A stretch of 64,000 bases of DNA from Escherichia coli (GCF_003018255.1 NZ_CP027440.1); one strand, 5' to 3'; counted from the stretch's first letter, positions 28,328 to 42,384 are shown. Notes: generated by a model from the sequence alone, not told the origin. Numbers and translations: made by a program.

Positions 28328-29659
28328 TCAAGAAAATGCCAGGAACGGAGAAACACAAAGCAACAAACCAGTGACGATAATCAGGTACAGAGACATCCCT
28401 TTGTATTTGTGCAATGCCGGTACTTTGTAAACCAGCCACGCCGGGATCAGGCACCCTACCATGCCGAAAATCGGGCTACAGATAGAGGTGAAGCTCAACA
28501 CCGGGGCGTTCAGTACGATGGCGCTCCAGGCCAGCAAAATGGCGAAAATCATGATGCCGCGCTGAACGAGATTTTCGTTAATCTTCTCGGCAGGTATCTT
28601 GCGACGCAGGATGTTCATTACGATCCCTTGCGTTGCTTCGCGAAAGCCTAAATAGACGCCAAAGAATGCAGTCATTACAGCAAAGATATTGAGAATGACG
28701 CTGACCACTTTCACCCACGCTGCGCCATCACCGCTAATAAACTGTGCGGCAATCGCCAGCGCGGAAATATTCTGCTCGTAGGCTTTTACCGCTTCGTCAT
28801 GTCCCATCGCCAGCGTGAACGACACGGCGTAGAAAAAGACGGTGACAAACAAAATGCCAAACGCGATATTCATTGCCCGCAATGCTTTATGCCGCGCCAC
28901 TTCAATTGATTTTTCCCGCGAGCGATAAGAGATCACCATCGGGCTTAACGTCTGGATAAACAGAATCGACGTCAGGGTAAACGGCAGCGTAATAATGGCG
29001 TTTTTCATCAGCAGCCCCAGCGGCGGTAGCGAACCGACGTTATACAGATGCCACATTCCCACCATCGACACGCCCAGCGCCGCGACCACCAGCAGCTTGG
29101 TCAGCACCATGCCGGTCGAAATTTTGAATAACAATTTCTCGCCGCGTGAGGAGATCGCCACCAGAATGCAAATCAGTACCAGACCATAAAAGGGACTGTC
29201 TGACAGCAACCCTTCCGTCACGCCGAAGGTATGCAGGTAGGAAGCACTATCGTTGGTGATGGCGGTGGAATAGACGAACATCCAAATCACCAGCATTACG
29301 AAATAGAGTGCACCTAACAGGATGCCCCAGTTTTTACCTAAATAACCGCTAATGACGCTCGGGTAATCTTTACATTCTGGTGATTCTGCCAGCGTATTAA
29401 TAAACAACCGCTGAAACAGATACATTGCCGGGTAACCAATCACCGATGAGAGCAAAAATACCCACAATCCCATCAAACCGACCTGCACCGGGAGAAAAAC
29501 AATCCCCGCGCCAATCGCCATCCCGATACTCATAATCACCCAGCCGGTGTCAGTACTGTCGAATTTGATCGCTTCTCGCCACTCGCTCTCACTCATTCCA
29601 GCACGACCCGCCGGGGTCGAAGCGTCTGCAATGACGCCTTTATTCGATGCAATTTCCAT
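28328..29659 (-). CDS. cyuP: Serine/cysteine permease (YhaO/CyuP), HAAAP family
   Basis: 443-aa polytopic ORF. Confidence 0.9.
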   Translation of the reverse strand: MEIASNKGVIADASTPAGRAGMSESEWREAIKFDSTDTGWVIMSIGMAIGAGIVFLPVQVGLMGLWVFLLSSVIGYPAMYLFQRLFINTLAESPECKDYPSVISGYLGKNWGILLGALYFVMLVIWMFVYSTAITNDSASYLHTFGVTEGLLSDSPFYGLVLICILVAISSRGEKLLFKISTGMVLTKLLVVAALGVSMVGMWHLYNVGSLPPLGLLMKNAIITLPFTLTSILFIQTLSPMVISYRSREKSIEVARHKALRAMNIAFGILFVTVFFYAVSFTLAMGHDEAVKAYEQNISALAIAAQFISGDGAAWVKVVSVILNIFAVMTAFFGVYLGFREATQGIVMNILRRKIPAEKINENLVQRGIMIFAILLAWSAIVLNAPVLSFTSICSPIFGMVGCLIPAWLVYKVPALHKYKGMSLYLIIVTGLLLCVSPFLAFS

Positions 29660-29883
29660 AATTTCTCGCTCAATATTTTGTAGGGCTTATTATTTTTTTC
29701 CGAGCCGCATCAAGGCGATATGCGGTCTACGTTTTTGCAGGCGAGTTATTAGAATAAAGAAATGATACGCGCGAGGTCAGAGAAAATCTTCACAATCAAG
29801 ACTTTGAAATAACGGAGATGGATAAGAATTTTCTACTAAATTAATCGCAAGAGAATATTCATTCTCTATTTGCGGCAGATCAC

Positions 29884-29910
29884 AAAAAAAAAGGTGCACA
29901 TTTGTGCACC
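29884..29910 (-). terminator. Rho-independent terminator at end of tdc operon
   Basis: Minus-strand ggtgcacaaatgtgcacc hairpin followed by a run of nine T. Confidence 0.75.
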
Positions 29911-29934
29911 CAAGGATGAAAGCTGACAGCAATG

Positions 29935-31299
29935 TCAGCCACAGACCACTTTAATGGCCAGTCCTCCGCGTGACGTTTCGCGGTATTTATCGTTCATATC
30001 TTTGCCGGTTTCATACATCGTCTCGATCACTTTATCGAGTGAAACACGCGGTGCCGAGGTGCGGCGCATCGCCATCCGCGCGGCGTTTACTGCTTTCACG
30101 GCATTAATGGCATTACGTTCAATGCACGGGATTTGTACCTGTCCGGCAACCGGATCGCAGGTCAGCCCAAGGTTATGCTCCATCGCGATTTCCGCCGCAT
30201 TGCATACCTGCGCCGGACTGCCGCCCAGGAGTTCAGTTAACCCTGCCGCCGCCATTGAACAGGCCACGCCAATCTCCCCCTGACAGCCGACCTCCGCACC
30301 AGAGATGGAGGCGTTCATTTTATACAGCGCGCCAATAGCCCCGGCTGCAAGAAAATAGCGGGCAATTGACCGCTCGTTTACCGGACGACGGAACTTATCG
30401 TAATAAGCCAGCACTGCCGGAATAATGCCGCACGCACCGTTAGTCGGTGCCGTTACCACGCGCCCGCCAGCTGCGTTTTCTTCACTAACCGCCAGCGCGT
30501 ACATATTGATCCAGTCGATGACATTCATCGGATCGTTAGAGATGTTATCGCTGGAAACCAGTTGACGACGCAGCGCTACGGCACGACGCGGCACATTGAG
30601 CGGACCAGGCAGCACGCCTTCAGTGTTCATCCCGCGTTCAATACCGTCATGCATCACTTGCCAGATACGGGCAAACCCTGCGTCAATTTCCGCTTTGCTG
30701 CGCAGCGCCAGCTCGTTGTGCATCATCAGGCCAGATATAGACAGGCCGTTGTAATCACACATTTTCAGCAGTTCACCTGCTGAGTGGAAATCGTAAGGTA
30801 CGGGTGTTTCGACATCGTGCGACAGGCCGAAGTGTTCTTCTTCGACAATAAACCCGCCGCCGACAGAGTAATAGGTTTTGCTTAATAGCGCTTCCTGTCC
30901 CTTCCAGGCAGTGATCCGCATTCCGTTCTCATGGCGAGGCAACATTTCGGGATGGAAGATAATGTTCTTTGCTACAGGAAAATCAACAATATGCGCGCCA
31001 GAAGCCACCGGCAACCGCCCGCTGCGCGTCACTAACTCTATAAATGCAGGGATCTCATCAATGACAACATCCTGCGGACTGTTTCCTGCCAGTCCCATGA
31101 TGATGGCGACATCCGTGGCATGGCCTTTGCCCGTCAGTGACAACGACCCGTACAGATCGACCACAATATGGCTCGTCGCGGTTAATAAGCCGCTACTTTC
31201 CAGCCGATCAATAAAACTTTTTCCGGCATTCATTGGCCCCACAGTATGCGAACTGGAGGGACCAATCCCAATTTTGAAAATATCGAATGCACTAATCAT
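29935..31299 (-). CDS. tdcG: L-serine dehydratase (4Fe-4S)
   Basis: 454 aa from [19 protein letters not shown]. Confidence 0.9.
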   Translation of the reverse strand: MISAFDIFKIGIGPSSSHTVGPMNAGKSFIDRLESSGLLTATSHIVVDLYGSLSLTGKGHATDVAIIMGLAGNSPQDVVIDEIPAFIELVTRSGRLPVASGAHIVDFPVAKNIIFHPEMLPRHENGMRITAWKGQEALLSKTYYSVGGGFIVEEEHFGLSHDVETPVPYDFHSAGELLKMCDYNGLSISGLMMHNELALRSKAEIDAGFARIWQVMHDGIERGMNTEGVLPGPLNVPRRAVALRRQLVSSDNISNDPMNVIDWINMYALAVSEENAAGGRVVTAPTNGACGIIPAVLAYYDKFRRPVNERSIARYFLAAGAIGALYKMNASISGAEVGCQGEIGVACSMAAAGLTELLGGSPAQVCNAAEIAMEHNLGLTCDPVAGQVQIPCIERNAINAVKAVNAARMAMRRTSAPRVSLDKVIETMYETGKDMNDKYRETSRGGLAIKVVCG

Positions 31300-31370
31300 A
31301 TCCACACCCTCGGATTGCCGTTCAGTAAAGTGGAGCGGAACGACCTTGCGACCGTCCCGCTCACGAGGCC

Positions 31371-31760
31371 TTACGCACTACGTACTGCGATGGCTTCAAT
31401 TTCCAACTTCACATCTTTCGGCAAACGCGCGACCTGCACACAGCTCCGGGTCGGGTAGGTCGCCTGATGTTCATCGAAGAACTGCTTATAGACTTCATTG
31501 ATGGTGGCAAAATCATTCAGATCGGTGATGAACACGGTCATCTTGATGATATCGCCCACACTCAGCCCGGCAGCAACCACGATCGCTTTGACGTTTTCGA
31601 GGCTTAAACGCGCCTGATCTTGCACATCAGCCGGGATCTCACCGGTCTGTGGGCAAACCGGAATTTGCCCGGAGGTGAAGACCATGCTGCCTAAATCAAC
31701 GCCCTGAACATAAGGGCCGATTGCGCCTGGGGCACGTTGCGTTTCGATAATCTTTTTCAT
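31371..31760 (-). CDS. tdcF: RidA/YjgF-family enamine/imine deaminase
   Basis: 129 aa from MKKIIETQRAPGAIGPY. Confidence 0.9.
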   Translation of the reverse strand: MKKIIETQRAPGAIGPYVQGVDLGSMVFTSGQIPVCPQTGEIPADVQDQARLSLENVKAIVVAAGLSVGDIIKMTVFITDLNDFATINEVYKQFFDEHQATYPTRSCVQVARLPKDVKLEIEAIAVRSA

Positions 31761-31773
31761 ACATCCTCCGGCG

Positions 31774-34068
31774 TCAGAGCGCCTGGGTAAAGGTACGTGA
31801 AATAACATCCTGTTGCTGTTCACGGGTCAGTGCGTTGAAGCGCACGGCGTAGCCAGAGACACGGATTGTCAGGTTAGGATATTTTTCCGGGTGCTCAATG
31901 GCATCCAGCAGCATTTCCCGATTCATTACGTTGACGTTGAGGTGTTGACCGCCTTCGACATCCGCTTCGTGGTGGAAATACCCATCCAGCAGGCCGACAA
32001 GGTTGGTTTTACGTACTGGATCTTCTTTGCCCAGCGCCGCAGGGACGATGGAGAAGGTGTACGAGATCCCATCTTTGGCGTAGGTGAACGGCAGTTTCGC
32101 CACCGACGTCAATGAGGCCACGGCGCCTTTGCGATCACGACCGTGCATCGGGTTAGCGCCCGGCGCGAACGGTGTTCCGGCGCGGCGACCGTCCGGCGTG
32201 TTCCCGGTTTTCTGACCGTACACCACGTTAGAGGTGATAGTCAGAATCGATTGGGTCGGCACAGCATTGCGATAGGTTGGCAAAGCTTTAATTTTCTTCA
32301 TAAAGCGTTCAACCAGATCGCAGGCAATGCTGTCTACGCGCTCGTCGTTGTTGCCATACTGCGGATATTCGCCGTCAATCTCGAAATCCACCGCCAGGCC
32401 GTTTTCATCACGGATTGGTTTCACACGAGCATATTTGATGGCAGACAGGGAGTCCGTTGCCACCGACAGGCCCGCGATGCCGCACGCCATGGTGCGATAG
32501 ACATCACGATCATGTAGCGCCATCAGCGAAGCTTCGTAGCTGTACTTGTCGTGCATGTAGTGAATGATATTCAGCGCGCTGATGTACTGTACCGCCAGCC
32601 AGTCCATGAAGTGGTCGAGGCTATCCATCACTTTGTCGTAGTCCAGCACGTCATCCATCAACGGAGCCGTTTTCGGGCCAACCTGAATCTTCAGCTTCTC
32701 GTCCATTCCGCCGTTGATTGCGTATAGTAGCGTTTTCGCCAGGTTAGCGCGCGCACCGAAGAACTGCATCTGCTTACCAATCACCATTGGGCTGACGCAA
32801 CAGGCAATCGCGTAATCGTCGCTATTGAAGTCAGTACGCATCAGATCGTCGTTTTCATACTGCAAAGAGGATGTGACGATAGACACCTGCGCGGCATATT
32901 TTTTGAAGGCAATCGGCAAGGCTTCCGACCACAGAATAGTCAGGTTAGGTTCCGGTGCAGGCCCCATAGTGTGCAGGGTGTGTAAATAGCGGAAGGAGTT
33001 TTTGGTCACCAGGGTTCGACCGTCCAGCCCCATCCCGCCGATCACTTCCGTCGCCCAGATCGGGTCGCCGGAGAACAGCGAATCAAATTCCGGCGTACGC
33101 AAGAAGCGCACCATACGGATCTTCATGATGAAGTGGTCGATCAGTTCCTGTGCCTGCTGCTCATTGAGTACGCCTGCTTTAAAGTCGCGCTCAATGTAGA
33201 TATCGAGGAACGATGCCGTGCGCCCCAGCGACATCGCGCCGCCGTTCTGTGATTTCACTGCCGCCAGGTAAGCGAAGTAGAGCCACTGCACCGCTTCCTG
33301 TGCATTCTGCGCCGGGCGAGAGATGTCAAAACCGTATTTCGCCGCCATTTCTTGAATCTGCAACAGCGCACGACGATGTTCCGCCAGCTCCTCACGCAGA
33401 CGGATCGTAGCTTCGAGATCTTCGCCTTTTTCCAGACGGGACTGGAGATCGGCAAACTGCAGTTCGCGTTCACGTACCAGATAACTGATGCCGTAAAGCG
33501 CCACGCGGCGATAGTCACCGATGATACGCCCACGACCATAACCATCTGGTAAACCGGTCAGTACACCAGATTTACGGCAGCGCAGCATATCCGGTGAGTA
33601 AACATCAAATACGCCCTGATTATGGGTTTTACGCAGATCGGTAAAGATGTATTCAAATTCGCTGTCCATTTCACGACCATACGCGTGGAATGAACTTCTA
33701 ATCATATTAATGCCGCCGAACGGATGCAGCGCACGCTTTAATGGCGCATCCGTTTGCAGACCCACTATTTTTTCCAGCGGCTGGTCAATATATCCTGCAT
33801 CATGAGCGGTAATTGTGGTGGCAATATTGGTATCGAAATCCAATGGCGCGTGAGTCGCATTTTCGATACGGATGCCTTCCATCACTTTTTCCCACAATTC
33901 CGTGGTGGCAGGCGTCGCTTCGGCGAGAAAAGATTCATCACCTTCATACGGTGTATAGTTATGTTGAATAAAATCGCGGACATTAATTTCGTTTTTCCAG
34001 TCCGTACCTTTAAAGCCAAGCCATGCGTCGGCGTACAGCTTATCGCTGGTATCAATATCTACCTTCAT
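31774..34068 (-). CDS. tdcE: 2-ketobutyrate/pyruvate formate-lyase (glycyl radical enzyme)
   Basis: 764-aa ORF; glycyl-radical motif RVSGYAV near C-terminus. Confidence 0.95.
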   Translation of the reverse strand: MKVDIDTSDKLYADAWLGFKGTDWKNEINVRDFIQHNYTPYEGDESFLAEATPATTELWEKVMEGIRIENATHAPLDFDTNIATTITAHDAGYIDQPLEKIVGLQTDAPLKRALHPFGGINMIRSSFHAYGREMDSEFEYIFTDLRKTHNQGVFDVYSPDMLRCRKSGVLTGLPDGYGRGRIIGDYRRVALYGISYLVRERELQFADLQSRLEKGEDLEATIRLREELAEHRRALLQIQEMAAKYGFDISRPAQNAQEAVQWLYFAYLAAVKSQNGGAMSLGRTASFLDIYIERDFKAGVLNEQQAQELIDHFIMKIRMVRFLRTPEFDSLFSGDPIWATEVIGGMGLDGRTLVTKNSFRYLHTLHTMGPAPEPNLTILWSEALPIAFKKYAAQVSIVTSSLQYENDDLMRTDFNSDDYAIACCVSPMVIGKQMQFFGARANLAKTLLYAINGGMDEKLKIQVGPKTAPLMDDVLDYDKVMDSLDHFMDWLAVQYISALNIIHYMHDKYSYEASLMALHDRDVYRTMACGIAGLSVATDSLSAIKYARVKPIRDENGLAVDFEIDGEYPQYGNNDERVDSIACDLVERFMKKIKALPTYRNAVPTQSILTITSNVVYGQKTGNTPDGRRAGTPFAPGANPMHGRDRKGAVASLTSVAKLPFTYAKDGISYTFSIVPAALGKEDPVRKTNLVGLLDGYFHHEADVEGGQHLNVNVMNREMLLDAIEHPEKYPNLTIRVSGYAVRFNALTREQQQDVISRTFTQAL

Positions 34069-34101
34069 GAAAAATAATCTCTCTACAATACTTCAACTAA
34101 A

Positions 34102-35310
34102 TTATGCAAATTCTGCGGGCGCGTTCACTTTGCCTAAATGAATGGCATCCAAAGCAATCATTTTTTCTTCGTTAGTCGGAATTACGGCGCAAATGACACG
34201 CGCATTTTCACTGGAAACAATTCGCTCTCCAAAAGAGTTAGAGCGATTATTCATTTCTGTATCAATCTCTACGCCTAATACAGCTAAATGTTCCATGACC
34301 AGACGACGAATTAAACTTGAATTCTCTCCTATTCCGCCGGTGAATATAATTCCATCCAGGCGATGTAATGAAGCAGCGTGTCCGGCAATATGACGGGCAA
34401 TTCGGTGAACAAAGGTTTTAATTGCCAGTTGCGCGCGTTCGTGACCTTCATGCCAGGCTTTTTCCAGAACACGTAAATCCGAAGAAAGGCCGGAAATACC
34501 TAATAATCCCGACTCTTTATTCACTACGCGCTCCAGGTCCCCCAGGCTCTGGTTGGTTTGGCTGGCGACCCAGGACATCGCACCAAAGTCGACATCGCCA
34601 CTGCGGGTACCCATCATCAAGCCTTCCAGCGGCGTCATTCCCATGGAAGTGTCAACACTCTGACCGTTGCGAACCGCGCAGATTGACGCGCCATTGCCAA
34701 GATGCGCCACAACCAGGCCGGAGTCATCTTCCGCCAAATTCAGCAAAGAATGCGCGCGCTGGGAAACATAGCGGTGCGACGTGCCGTGGAAACCATAACG
34801 GCGTACACCTAACTCTTCATAATATTTCCACGGCAGGCCGTATAAATAAGCTTCCGGAGCCATCGTCTGGTGGAAACTGGTATCAAATACCGCTACCTGA
34901 GTTACGCCCGGAAATAATTGCTGCGCCGATTCAATACCACTTAAATTGGCGTAATTATGCAGGGGTGCCAGTGGAGAAACGCGACGGATATTATCAATGA
35001 CTTCATCGGTAATAATGGCGGACTCGGTAAAAATACTGCCGCCGTGAGCGATGCGGTGGCCAATTAAGGCCACACTGTCATTTAAATTCCGTTTTTCCAG
35101 TTCAAATGCAATTGCCTTCAATGCACCTTCGTAGCTGTGGTGAGCCAGCGGTGCTGGCTCTCCCCCATTTACGGATAAGAATGCATTTTCCGAGTTAATA
35201 CCGTCGGCAATACCTGACATTAATACTTCACAGTCGCTGGCATTGAGTACGGAAAACTTAATCGAAGACGAACCACAGTTAATAACCAAAACAACCGGAA
35301 ATTCATTCAT
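34102..35310 (-). CDS. tdcD: Propionate/acetate kinase
   Basis: About 402 aa from [19 protein letters not shown]. Confidence 0.9.
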   Translation of the reverse strand: MNEFPVVLVINCGSSSIKFSVLNASDCEVLMSGIADGINSENAFLSVNGGEPAPLAHHSYEGALKAIAFELEKRNLNDSVALIGHRIAHGGSIFTESAIITDEVIDNIRRVSPLAPLHNYANLSGIESAQQLFPGVTQVAVFDTSFHQTMAPEAYLYGLPWKYYEELGVRRYGFHGTSHRYVSQRAHSLLNLAEDDSGLVVAHLGNGASICAVRNGQSVDTSMGMTPLEGLMMGTRSGDVDFGAMSWVASQTNQSLGDLERVVNKESGLLGISGLSSDLRVLEKAWHEGHERAQLAIKTFVHRIARHIAGHAASLHRLDGIIFTGGIGENSSLIRRLVMEHLAVLGVEIDTEMNNRSNSFGERIVSSENARVICAVIPTNEEKMIALDAIHLGKVNAPAEFA

Positions 35311-35335
35311 CTCTTTTCTCATCCTGAGTTACGGA

Positions 35336-36670
<1,335 letters not shown>

Positions 36671-36688
36671 CTATCCTCAACGAATTAA

Positions 36689-37678
36689 TTAAGCGTCAAC
36701 GAAACCGGTGATTTGAGAGACGCGAGAAAGATCGATATTGCCGCCGGAAATAATACTGACGGTTTTTCTGTTTTGAATATATTGGTCTAATTTACCGCTT
36801 AATAATGCAGCACATGCCAGAGCGCCTGCGCCTTCGGTGACGACTTTATTGCGCTGAATTAAGGCAATCATACTGTTTCTGATTTCATCTTCGCTGACCA
36901 GCACGATGTCATCGACTAATTCACGAACGATTTCGTAAGTTAAATTACCCGGGCGGGAGACATCACAACCATCCGCCAGGGTGCCGGTAGTTCGGTGCGT
37001 GGTTATTTCTCCGGAGTGGAAAGAAGCCGCCATGCCGTGAACGTTTTCAGACTGTACGCCAATAACACGAATGGTCGGGTTAATTGATTTAATCGCTACC
37101 GCAATACCAGCAATTAAACCGCCACCGCCAATTGGCACAATCACATTATCGACATCATAGAGATCTTCCATAATTTCCAGACCAATCGTTCCCTGGCCAG
37201 CAATCACTTTCGGATCATCGTAAGGTGGGATAAAAATACGGCCTTCCATTTCGACAATTTCGCTCACTTTAGCAATAGTGTCGTTGAAGTTATCACCATG
37301 CAAAACGACTTCTGCGGAGTAGTCGCACGTTGCCGCGACTTTGGATTTCGGCGCACCTTTTGGCATCACCACTTTACCGTCAATACCCAGCATCGCACAG
37401 GAGAGCGAAACCCCTTGCGCATGGTTGCCCGCAGAGCAGGCCACTACACCTTTACGTTTTTCCGCATCAGTCAGTGAACTTAATTTATTAAATGCGCCAC
37501 GAATTTTAAATGAACCGGTACGCTGCATGTTTTCGAATTTGAGGAATATTTCACCTTTGCAACGTTCACTAAAATAGTTGGAGCGAGGCATACCTGTTTT
37601 ATAAATTCGCCCAGCCAGTCGTTGTTTTGCTTCAATGATGTCATCAATAGCAACCGGGAGATCGTATGTAATATGCAT
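36689..37678 (-). CDS. tdcB: Catabolic threonine dehydratase (PLP)
   Basis: 329-aa ORF; PLP lysine motif SFKIRGA. Confidence 0.95.
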
Positions 37679-37776
37679 TATAAAACCTCTTAGCCTGAAT
37701 TAAATATGTAGGTAACCGTAACCGACACCTGCAAAACAGACAGGTGGATTATTTATGTTTAAATTAAAACAAATAA

Positions 37777-38715
37777 CTAATCAACTTCAATTAATTGCCT
37801 TCGTCTACACCCATTATAAGATGAATACTCTTTGGCTAATTCCACCAAAACCGATGCTGCTTTTTTAATACGATAATTTTTCGACCATACCGCGGCATAT
37901 TGTGCCACAGGTAATGTTTCTTCAACCGGAATAGTAATAAATTGATTAGAACCAAAAGGTGATGTCATATCACAAGGAATTACAGTTAAGAAATCAGCAT
38001 TGAGAACAAGATTATAAATTGTCACGACTGAGTCGGTTTTAACGATGTTTTCAATACTGATGCCATTTCTTTGTAACGTAGTAAGCAGCTCGCTGTAGTA
38101 CCCCATATTGGTTTGTGGCAACACCCACTGTTCGTTCTTCAACGACTCCAGCGTGGTGGTGCCGGTGCATGTTCGGGACTTACTGGCTACCAGCACAAAC
38201 TCGGACTCGAACAGCGGCTCAACATGTAAATCCTGAAGCTTCATTTCTGCGCTTAACGTACCAATCGCAAAATCCAGTCGACCGTCGCGGATTGCCGGTA
38301 AGAACGAAGACAGTTGCGCTTCATACATAGAAACCTGCGCTTTCGGGAACACCTCTTTGAACTTGTTGATCATCCCGGACATAAAAGTAAAACCAATCAA
38401 TGAAGGAAAACCAAATGAGACTTCCACCACCGCCTCAGAAGACATACCGCTTATCTCATTAACCATATTTTTCATTTCACGGGTAATGGATTCGGAACGG
38501 GAGAGTAACAATTGACCGGCAGGTGTTAATGTTACACCGGTATTTTTCCGCACCACTAACTCCACACCAAAATAATCTTCAATATCGTTAATGATTTTAC
38601 TGACGGCCGGTTGAGTTAACCCTAACTCTTTTGCAGCCGAGCCGATAGAACCACTTCTAATAACTTCCTGAAAGACTACCAGGTGCTGCGTTTTCGGAAG
38701 AAGAATAGTGCTCAT
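37777..38715 (-). CDS. tdcA: LysR-family activator of the tdc operon
   Basis: 312-aa ORF. Confidence 0.9.
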   Translation of the reverse strand: MSTILLPKTQHLVVFQEVIRSGSIGSAAKELGLTQPAVSKIINDIEDYFGVELVVRKNTGVTLTPAGQLLLSRSESITREMKNMVNEISGMSSEAVVEVSFGFPSLIGFTFMSGMINKFKEVFPKAQVSMYEAQLSSFLPAIRDGRLDFAIGTLSAEMKLQDLHVEPLFESEFVLVASKSRTCTGTTTLESLKNEQWVLPQTNMGYYSELLTTLQRNGISIENIVKTDSVVTIYNLVLNADFLTVIPCDMTSPFGSNQFITIPVEETLPVAQYAAVWSKNYRIKKAASVLVELAKEYSSYNGCRRRQLIEVD

Positions 38716-38900
38716 AACGACCTACGTTAATTACCTCATTGACGGCATGAAGTGTATCAAAATGAAATGAACAGGATATGTGCGACCACTCACAAATTAA
38801 CTTTCAATACTTTCCAGGGTATCGTTATTACAATTAAATATCTTTATATATCAATGAGTTAAAGTATAAAAATCAGCATAAACCCTGATTTTTGTCAAAA
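38716..38900 (-). promoter_or_regulatory. tdc operon promoter region with candidate CRP site
   Basis: tgtgcgaccactcacaa at 38779-38795 fits the TGTGA-N6-TCACA CRP consensus; AT-rich upstream DNA. Confidence 0.5.
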
Positions 38901-39029
38901 AAAATGACGGGGATAACCATATTTTATGGCGATAACATCATTCGTTATGTGGTTAATACAAAAAAGGGGCTGAGACCATATTTCAAGCAATTACCGGATA
39001 ATTACCAGGCAAAATTTGAGTTAAATTTA

Positions 39030-39248
39030 ATGAGCAAGTTCTCAAATTTTATTATAAATAAATCATTTTCAGTGATAAATAATGCGGCACGTCACATTTT
39101 TTCACGCTATTTGTTGGAGAACAAACATTTATTTTATCAATATTTTAAAATTTCGAATACAGGTATCGATCATCTCGAACAATTGATTAACGTCAACTTT
39201 TTCTCTTCTGACAGGACGTCATTTTGTGAATGCAATCGTTTTCCATAA
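39030..39248 (+). CDS. tdcR: Small regulator TdcR
   Basis: 72 aa from MSKFSNFIINKSF...; the ORF track offers a 118-aa extension from 38892. Confidence 0.65.
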   Translation: MSKFSNFIINKSFSVINNAARHIFSRYLLENKHLFYQYFKISNTGIDHLEQLINVNFFSSDRTSFCECNRFP

Positions 39249-39780
39249 ATTCCTCTCCCCTCATAGGCGACGAATAGCATTTTGTGTTGAGGATCACAAA
39301 ACGAATAATTGCTGGTCGCCGCGATAAGGTCAGACGAAGACAACAAGGGGGATTCTCACTGTGCTTTACATCAGCGTAGGCCATAGAATGTTGCTTCGTT
39401 GACTGTAATGCCGGGTAAATGAGCATTTTTTGATAGTGCGAAAGAACCCTGCGAGGAAAATAAGCATCTATTATTGTTTGTCATGATGACAAGGCAGGCA
39501 TCAATGAAAGGCTTCCCAATTGCACATATTTTTCACCCTTCAATCCCGCCAATGCACGCAGTGGTTAACAATCACAACAGAAATATTGATTATTGGACGG
39601 TAAAAATTTAGGTTATAACGCCCAAATGATTCAACGATCGGACAATACCTGCGAACTTACAATTAATGAGAGAAATATATGTATAATTACGACCTTTTAA
39701 ATGCAATATAGACTTAATAACTTCTTACAAAGTCTATTATTAATACCGTAGATATTCATCTTACCCTGGGCACCAAAAGC

Positions 39781-39807
39781 AAAAACCCGCCGAAGCGGGT
39801 TTTTACG
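39781..39807 (-). terminator. rnpB Rho-independent terminator
   Basis: Minus-strand aaaaacccgcttcggcgggttttt. Confidence 0.85.
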
Positions 39808-39813
39808 TAAATC

Positions 39814-40190
<377 letters not shown>

Positions 40191-40196
40191 GGCGCG

Positions 40197-40228
40197 CAGT
40201 ATAGAGGGTTTGCGCGCCCTTGTCACCC
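40197..40228 (-). promoter_or_regulatory. rnpB promoter overlapping the 3' end of garK
   Basis: Minus-strand -35 gtgaca (40221-40226) and -10 tatact (40199-40204) placed to start transcription at the rnpB 5' end. Confidence 0.6.
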
Positions 40229-41368
40229 CGCGTTGCGCATTCCAATCGCCAGTGTCGCGGCGATATTACGTGAAGCACGGCAGATATTGTCATAAGCTCC
40301 GCGGAATGCTTCGTCTAACGTACCAATGCTGGTCAATACGCTGAAGACCGCATCAATGCCATGCTGATGTACAACGCCAACATCATTGGTCAGGCTACCC
40401 GCAATGCCAATCACCGGTTTATGGTACTTTTTCGCCACGTTTGCGACGCCAATCGGAACCTTGCCGTGAATACTCTGGCTGTCAATACGCCCTTCACCGG
40501 TGATCACCAGCGTACAATCGTGAATATGTTCCTCCAGATTCAGCGCCGTAGTGACGATTTCAATACCACTTTTCAGTTCTGCACCAAGAAACGCCATCAG
40601 CGCCGCGCCCATACCACCCGCAGCTCCTGCGCCGGGGACATCTTTCACATCAACATGCAGCGCTTTTTTAATGACATCGGCATAGTGAGAGAGGTTATTG
40701 TCCAGCTCGACAATCATCGCTTCACTGGCTCCCTTTTGTGGGCCAAAGATGCGCGATGCGCCGTTATCGCCCACCAGCGGATTGGTGACATCACAAGCGA
40801 CGCGAATGACGCAATCTTTTAAGCGCGGATCGAGGCCGGAAATATCAATATCATTCAGAGTATTAAGACTACCGCCGCCAAAACCAATTTCATTGCCGTT
40901 GGCGTCGCATAATTTCGCCCCCAGCGCCTGTACCATGCCTGCGCCGCCATCATTTGTAGCGCTGCCGCCAATGCCGATAATAATGTTTGTTGCACCGCTC
41001 TCCAGCGCCTGCAGGATTAACTCGCCTGTGCCGCGTGAAGTGGTCACGAGTGGATCGCGTTTTTCCGCAGGTACCAGCTCCAGCCCACTGGCCGCCGCCA
41101 TTTCAATAAATGCGGTTTTGCCATCGCCGGAGATCCCCCAACTGGCATCCACTTTCTCGCCCAGCGGCCCTGTAACCCAGGCGTGACGTTCAGAACCCTG
41201 GGTAGCTGCAATCATCGCTTCCACCGTTCCTTCGCCACCATCGGCAACCGGAACAGAAACGTACTGTGCATCAGGAAAAATTTCCCGAAATCCTTTTTCT
41301 ATCGCCTGCGCAACCTCGCTGGCAGATAAACTTTCTTTATAAGAGTCTGGGGCGATTACGATTTTCAT
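40223..41368 (-). CDS. garK: Glycerate 2-kinase
   Basis: 381 aa from MKIVIAPDSYKESL. Confidence 0.9.
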   Translation of the reverse strand: MKIVIAPDSYKESLSASEVAQAIEKGFREIFPDAQYVSVPVADGGEGTVEAMIAATQGSERHAWVTGPLGEKVDASWGISGDGKTAFIEMAAASGLELVPAEKRDPLVTTSRGTGELILQALESGATNIIIGIGGSATNDGGAGMVQALGAKLCDANGNEIGFGGGSLNTLNDIDISGLDPRLKDCVIRVACDVTNPLVGDNGASRIFGPQKGASEAMIVELDNNLSHYADVIKKALHVDVKDVPGAGAAGGMGAALMAFLGAELKSGIEIVTTALNLEEHIHDCTLVITGEGRIDSQSIHGKVPIGVANVAKKYHKPVIGIAGSLTNDVGVVHQHGIDAVFSVLTSIGTLDEAFRGAYDNICRASRNIAATLAIGMRNAG

Positions 41369-41464
41369 ACCTATGCCTGTTACCACATGACGCCGGAGGG
41401 CGTTTCTCTTATTCGGCCTGGATTCCAGGCCCGGATTGCAATACGCCATCCGGGCACGACGTCA

Positions 41465-42349
41465 TTAACGAGTAACTTCGACTTTCGCCAGTTTTTCGTA
41501 GTAGCACGCCAGGGCGCTATGATCTGCCGTTCCTAAACCATCTGCTCGCAGTGCCTGCATCATCTCCATAACCGCAGCTGTGAGCGGCAGTTGCGCACCG
41601 ACGCCGTGGGAAGTATCCAGCGCATTTGCCAGATCCTTAATATGCAGATCAATACGGAAGCCCGGCTTGAAGTTGCGGTCCATCACCATCGGCGCTTTGG
41701 CATCCAGCACGGTACTGCCCGCCAGTCCACCGCGAATTGCCTGATACACCAAATCCGGGTTAACGCCCGCTTTGGTTGCCAGCGTTAACGCTTCTGACAT
41801 CGCGGCAATATTCAGCGCCACAATGACCTGATTCGCCAGTTTGGTAACGTTACCTGCACCAATTTCCCCGGTATGCACCACGGAACCCGCCATCGCTTTC
41901 ATCAAATCATAGTATTTGTCGAAAATAGCCTTGTCGCCGCCCACCATCACTGACAGCGTACCGTCGATGGCTTTCGGTTCACCGCCGCTCACCGGAGCAT
42001 CCAGCATATCAATGCCTTTCGCTTTCAGAGCTTCGCTGATTTCACGGCTTGCCAGCGGTGCAATAGAACTCATATCGATCAATACCGTACCTGGCTTCGC
42101 GCCTTCAATAATGCCATTCTCACCCAGCGCCACCTCTTTCACATGAGGGGAGTTTGGCAGCATGGTTATGATGACGTCACACTGTTCAGCGATCGCTTTA
42201 GCCGTAGAAGCTGTTTCTGCACCTGCAGCAATCACTTCAGCAATAGCTTCTGGGTTACGGTCAGCAACCACCAGCGAGTAACCTGCTTTCAGAAGGTTTT
42301 TACTCATTGGTTTACCCATAATCCCCAGGCCAATAAAACCAACTTTCAT
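41465..42349 (-). CDS. garR: Tartronate semialdehyde reductase
   Basis: About 294 aa from MKVGFIGLGIMG (Rossmann). Confidence 0.9.
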   Translation of the reverse strand: MKVGFIGLGIMGKPMSKNLLKAGYSLVVADRNPEAIAEVIAAGAETASTAKAIAEQCDVIITMLPNSPHVKEVALGENGIIEGAKPGTVLIDMSSIAPLASREISEALKAKGIDMLDAPVSGGEPKAIDGTLSVMVGGDKAIFDKYYDLMKAMAGSVVHTGEIGAGNVTKLANQVIVALNIAAMSEALTLATKAGVNPDLVYQAIRGGLAGSTVLDAKAPMVMDRNFKPGFRIDLHIKDLANALDTSHGVGAQLPLTAAVMEMMQALRADGLGTADHSALACYYEKLAKVEVTR

Positions 42350-42384
42350 AGTCATATCAATCATCTCTCTTGTTGCGGTGGTGG

